Source: Chloroflexota bacterium (lineage in GTDB: Bacteria; Chloroflexota; UBA11872; VXOZ01). From it: 64,000 bases of DNA. Position numbers and translations under genes: made by a program. The notes beneath the pieces were generated by a model. That model had not been told where the DNA came from. It did no database searches and saw nothing but the letters and a program-made list of their open reading frames with translations. Where the stretch lies: positions 480,001-544,000 of the forward strand of contig CAXXVD010000005.1 in the NCBI GenBank assembly GCA_963662335.2, read 5' to 3'. Every line of letters begins with the position of its first letter. Position 1 is the stretch's first letter. Below, in pieces: positions 60,061-64,000 of the stretch.

Positions 60061-60074
60061 TCAAGGACTTCGCC

Positions 60075-62618
60075 ATGCTAGACGCCGACACCAAACGCCG
60101 CATCGATACCGCCCGCGACATCCTGGTGGGCAAGGTGCCCGACCCCAAGAGCCAGGTGGAGCAGATCACCATCGCCCTCATCTACAAGTTCATGGACGAC
60201 ATCGACGCCGAGAGCGAGGAACTGGGCGGCCGGCGTAGCTTCTTTGCCGGTGACTTTGCCCGTTTCGGTTGGGCCAAGCTCATGCGCGCCGGCCTGGGCG
60301 GGCACGAGACGCTCAATCTCTACGCCGAGGCCATCACCCGCATGGCGGAGAACCCCGGCATCCCGCGCCTCTTCCGCGACATCTTCAACAACGCCTACCT
60401 GCCCTACCGCGACCCGGAGACCCTGCGCGCCTTCCTCAAGGTCATTGACGAGTTCGTCTACGACCATTCCGAGCGGCTGGGCGACGCATTCGAGTATCTG
60501 CTCTCGGTGCTCGGCGCGCAGGGCGACGCCGGCCAGTTCCGCACGCCGCGCCACATCATCGACTTCATTGTGGCCGTGGTCGATCCCAAGAAGGACGAGA
60601 CCGTGCTGGACCCGGCCTGCGGCACGGCCGGCTTCCTCATCTCGTCATACAAGCACGTGCTAGCAGCCAACACCGGCGCGGACGGCGCCAGCGCCCTTAC
60701 GCCCGACGAGCGCGAGCGCCTGGCGGCGAACTTCACGGGCTACGACATCTCGCCGGACATGGTGCGCCTCTCGCTGGTCAACATGTACCTGCACCAGTTC
60801 GCCAATCCAAGAATCTTCGAGTACGACACCCTGACCAGCGAGGAGCGGTGGCACGAGTACGCCGACGTGATCCTGGCCAATCCGCCGTTCATGTCGCCCA
60901 AAGGCGGCATCCGGCCCCACAACCGCTTCTCGGTGCAGTCCAAACGCAGCGAGGTGCTGTTCGTGGACTACATGGCCGAGCACCTGACCCCCACCGGCCG
61001 CGCCGGCTTCATCGTGCCCGAGGGCATCATCTTCCAGAGCCAAAACGCCCACAAGCAACTGCGCAAACTGCTGGTGGAGGAATACCTGGTGGCCGTGGTC
61101 TCCCTGCCGGCCGGGGTCTTCAACCCCTATTCGGGCGTGAAGACCTCGATCCTGTTCCTGGATAGGGCGCTTGCCAAGAAGAGCGACCGTATTGCGTTCT
61201 TCAAGGTGGAGAACGATGGGTTTGACCTGGGAGCACAACGGCGGCCTATTGAGAAGAATGACCTGCCGCAGGTCCAGGTTGAGTTATCCGAATATCTGCA
61301 CGGCCTGAGGGCAGGTGAGCCGAGCGTGGATAACCAGTTCAATTCGGGCGTTATCGTGGAAAAGGAAAGGGTCGCTGCTACTGATGAATACAATCTCAGC
61401 AGCGAGAGGTACAGAACTCCCATTTCCGGCAGTACAGCCTACCCATTCGTACCTTTAGGAGATGTGGCAGAACTCATCAGAGGGATGACATTCCGCAAGT
61501 CCGATCAACTCGAACAAGCTACCGAGGATTCATTGCCTGTAGCAACAACAAAGGCTGCGCAAGAGTCAGGGATTGTCGAAAACGCGCTCTACCACGTTCC
61601 CCGCTCGCTTCTTAGAGATGATCGAAAGTTGCTAAGTCCCGGCGACATTCTGATTTCTACTGCGAATAGCCTTCGACTGCTCGGAAGAACGACGCACGTA
61701 CGAGATGTCAGTCGTCCCACCTCATTCGGCGCTTTCATGTCTGTAATTCGACCGAATTCAAGCGTCTTGGACACCTATCTGATTCGCTGCCTTCGAACCA
61801 AGTTCGCATACGACTTCTTCATGAGAAACGCAAATACCACGACCAACATCTCAAACCTCAACCTAAGTACACTTGCAGACTTCCAAATCCCCCTCCCGCC
61901 ACTGGAGGTACAGCAAGAGATCGTCGCCGAAATCGAGGGCTACCAGAAAGTCATAGACGGCGCCCGCGCCGTCATCGACAACTACCGCCCCCACATCCCC
62001 ATCAACCCTGACTGGCCGATGGTAGAACTGGGCGATCCTGACGTATTCCGTGTAGAGAGTGGTGGCACTCCCAAGTCGGACTCCAAGGAATACTGGGATG
62101 GCGGCGTCCCCTGGATTACGCTTGTCGACCTGCCGCCGGACCGCTTCATCACAGAAATCACCACCACAGCGAGGACGATAAGCGAAGACGGTCTACGAAA
62201 CTCATCGGCCAAGCTGCTTCCAGCAAACTCCGTTGTCGTTTCATCAAGGGCGACCATCGGCCGAATCGGCATAAATCGAATACCGCTCGCCACCAATCAA
62301 GGATTTAAGAACGTAGTCATCGAGGACACGACCCGAGCGATCCCCGAATACGTCGCTCTAGCGATGACGAAGTTGGTACCAACCATGCAAGCCCAAGCCA
62401 GCGGTGCAACTTACAAGGAAATAGTCAAGTCAAGGTTCAGCAGACTCCAAATCCCTCTCCCATCGCGCGAAATCCAAGAGGGCATCGTAGCCGGGATTCA
62501 AGCTGAGCAGAATCTAGTCAACGCTAACTGCGAGCTAATCGAACGCTTCGAGCGGAAGATTCAGGATGCCGTAGCACGGGTCTGGGGCGAGGGCGCAACT
62601 GCCCGGAACGACTCTTGA
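60075..62618 (+). CDS. hsdM: Type I RM methyltransferase fused to specificity subunit (HsdM-HsdS)
   Basis: LGDAFEYLL, GQFRTPRHI, DPACGTAGFL, ANPPF; then two TRDs each ending in QIPLP..E.Q..IV conserved repeats. Confidence 0.9.
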   Translation: MLDADTKRRIDTARDILVGKVPDPKSQVEQITIALIYKFMDDIDAESEELGGRRSFFAGDFARFGWAKLMRAGLGGHETLNLYAEAITRMAENPGIPRLFRDIFNNAYLPYRDPETLRAFLKVIDEFVYDHSERLGDAFEYLLSVLGAQGDAGQFRTPRHIIDFIVAVVDPKKDETVLDPACGTAGFLISSYKHVLAANTGADGASALTPDERERLAANFTGYDISPDMVRLSLVNMYLHQFANPRIFEYDTLTSEERWHEYADVILANPPFMSPKGGIRPHNRFSVQSKRSEVLFVDYMAEHLTPTGRAGFIVPEGIIFQSQNAHKQLRKLLVEEYLVAVVSLPAGVFNPYSGVKTSILFLDRALAKKSDRIAFFKVENDGFDLGAQRRPIEKNDLPQVQVELSEYLHGLRAGEPSVDNQFNSGVIVEKERVAATDEYNLSSERYRTPISGSTAYPFVPLGDVAELIRGMTFRKSDQLEQATEDSLPVATTKAAQESGIVENALYHVPRSLLRDDRKLLSPGDILISTANSLRLLGRTTHVRDVSRPTSFGAFMSVIRPNSSVLDTYLIRCLRTKFAYDFFMRNANTTTNISNLNLSTLADFQIPLPPLEVQQEIVAEIEGYQKVIDGARAVIDNYRPHIPINPDWPMVELGDPDVFRVESGGTPKSDSKEYWDGGVPWITLVDLPPDRFITEITTTARTISEDGLRNSSAKLLPANSVVVSSRATIGRIGINRIPLATNQGFKNVVIEDTTRAIPEYVALAMTKLVPTMQAQASGATYKEIVKSRFSRLQIPLPSREIQEGIVAGIQAEQNLVNANCELIERFERKIQDAVARVWGEGATARNDS

Positions 62619-62773
62619 TAGGCAACTGAAGTTTCTCCCGTTTCATTCCATTTGCCCTCGCAGAATACAGCACATCTGGCACAATCCTAAAGAATCCATT
62701 ACGATACATAGCATGAAGTTGTCCATGTGTAAGTCGCCCAAGCCCCATTGAACTGCACATATTTTGCTGTACC

Positions 62774-64000
62774 ATGGCGCGCAACAGTAACATCGAGTGG
62801 ACCGAAGGCACGTGGAATCCGGTAACCGGATGTACCAAGGTTAGCGCCGGCTGTGATCACTGCTATGCCGAGCGCTTTGCTGAGCGCTTTCGCGGTGTCG
62901 TCGGCCATCCCTATGAGACGGGGTTTGACCTCACCCTCCGGCCCGAGCGCCTCGAGCAACCGAAGCGCTGGCGGCGACCGCAGCTTATCTTCGTCAACTC
63001 GATGAGCGATCTGTTTCACAAGGACATCTCAACCGACTACATCCACCGCATATTCGACACCATGGAGAGCGCTGACTGGCACGTCTATCAGGTGCTCACG
63101 AAGCGAAGTTCGCTCATGCGCAACTTCGTCAAGCAGCGCTACCCGCGTCAACCGGCGCCATCGCATATCTGGCTGGGAGTTTCTATCGAAAACGCCTCGA
63201 CACTGGGGCGCCTCCGGCATCTGAAGCAGACGAATGCCTCCGTGCGCTTCATTTCGTTCGAGCCGCTGCTTGGCCCGCTAGGCGAACTCGACCTTAACGG
63301 CATCCATTGGGCAATAGCGGGTGGTGAGAGCGGGCCGGGCGCGCGCCCGGTTCAACGGGAGTGGCTTCGCGAAATACGAGACCAGTGTCAGGCGCAGCGT
63401 GTTGCTTTCTTCTTCAAGCAATGGGGTGGGCTCACGCCCAAGACTGGCGGCAATACTCTCGATGGACAGCAGTGGCTGGAATATCCAGATGTCAAACACG
63501 AATGGGCACTTAGCCCGCCGTTGCGCGCGGCTGGCGCGCCAACAGATGACTCAAGCGAGTTGATGGATGTCGGCCCGTGGGCGCGCGAGAAGCTCGAATG
63601 TCTCAGCAAGTATCTGAACGCCTATACCACTATTCTCAGCAAGTGGAGCTTCAAGGGTTACTTCTATATCGACGCTTTCGCAGGCCCAGGAACACTCAAG
63701 GTCCGCCAGCAACAAACGAGCGATCCGGCTCAGCAAACGCTTCTGGATCTATCCGCGAACGTCACGAGCGATGCCGGAGAAGCGGCATATATAAACGGAT
63801 CGCCCCGTGTTGCGCTTGATATCGAACACCCCTTTACGGACTACATATTCATCGAGGTGGACGAACTGCGGGTCAGACAACTCAAGGCGCTAAAGACTCA
63901 GTTCGAGACCCCGAAGCGCCGAATCTATGTCCGCGAGCAAGACTGCAACGACTATCTGCGCAGTCTGCTAAAGCGCAATCGGGGGCAGTGGAACCGATGG
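62774..64000 (+). CDS. DUF5131 (phage Gp37/Gp68) three-Cys protein fused in frame to TcmP-like partner; 3'-partial
   Basis: Manual translation: MARNSNIEWTEGTWNPVTGCTKVSAGCDHCYAE..FVNSMSDLFH..LTKR..SFEPLLG..GGESG..FFFKQWGG, continuing with no stop into VGPWAREKLECLSKYL..YIDAFAGPG..GSP..FIE; absent from the ORF track because it has no stop in the window. Confidence 0.88.
   Translation, partial: MARNSNIEWTEGTWNPVTGCTKVSAGCDHCYAERFAERFRGVVGHPYETGFDLTLRPERLEQPKRWRRPQLIFVNSMSDLFHKDISTDYIHRIFDTMESADWHVYQVLTKRSSLMRNFVKQRYPRQPAPSHIWLGVSIENASTLGRLRHLKQTNASVRFISFEPLLGPLGELDLNGIHWAIAGGESGPGARPVQREWLREIRDQCQAQRVAFFFKQWGGLTPKTGGNTLDGQQWLEYPDVKHEWALSPPLRAAGAPTDDSSELMDVGPWAREKLECLSKYLNAYTTILSKWSFKGYFYIDAFAGPGTLKVRQQQTSDPAQQTLLDLSANVTSDAGEAAYINGSPRVALDIEHPFTDYIFIEVDELRVRQLKALKTQFETPKRRIYVREQDCNDYLRSLLKRNRGQWNRW

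Noticed and set aside
62699-63819. Short ORFs listed in the track near the window end
   Set aside because: All overlap the long DUF5131-TcmP frame starting at 62774, which has clear family motifs.

Overview
GC-rich bacterial chromosome segment. The rpmB/DAK2/recG/rsmD gene order, Tat-exported lipoprotein solute-binding proteins and an NHL-repeat protein suggest a Terrabacteria/Chloroflexota-like organism, possibly host-associated (inference only). 1-30 kb is mostly housekeeping and transport: gpsA, queA, pcrA, a ferric-iron ABC transporter, murG, rsmD, recG, fakA-like, rpmB, tlyA, a PrsW-NHL fusion and orphan solute-binding proteins. 30-42 kb holds an apparently complete N-methylglutamate (methylamine utilisation) gene set (glxBCD/mgsABC, soxDAGB-like mgd, glnT/gmaS), interrupted by a low-GC AAA-ATPase + TOPRIM-like gene pair. 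42-64 kb is an accessory/defence island: a GIY-YIG + YaaA/DUF6884-like pair, Phd-VapC TA, an orphan AAA ATPase, a ~1290-aa REase-like/TPR/GreAB-C/PIN protein, a type IIG-like RM enzyme, and a type I RM system (hsdR plus an hsdM-hsdS fusion) split by a GxxExxY gene with terminal inverted repeats. An ORF missing from the supplied track runs off the window end and fuses DUF5131 (Gp37/Gp68) in frame to its TcmP-like partner. Intergenic regions carry at least five families of short palindromic repeats, some nested. No tRNA, rRNA or CRISPR array was recognised. All family assignments come from motif recognition by eye, not database searches.
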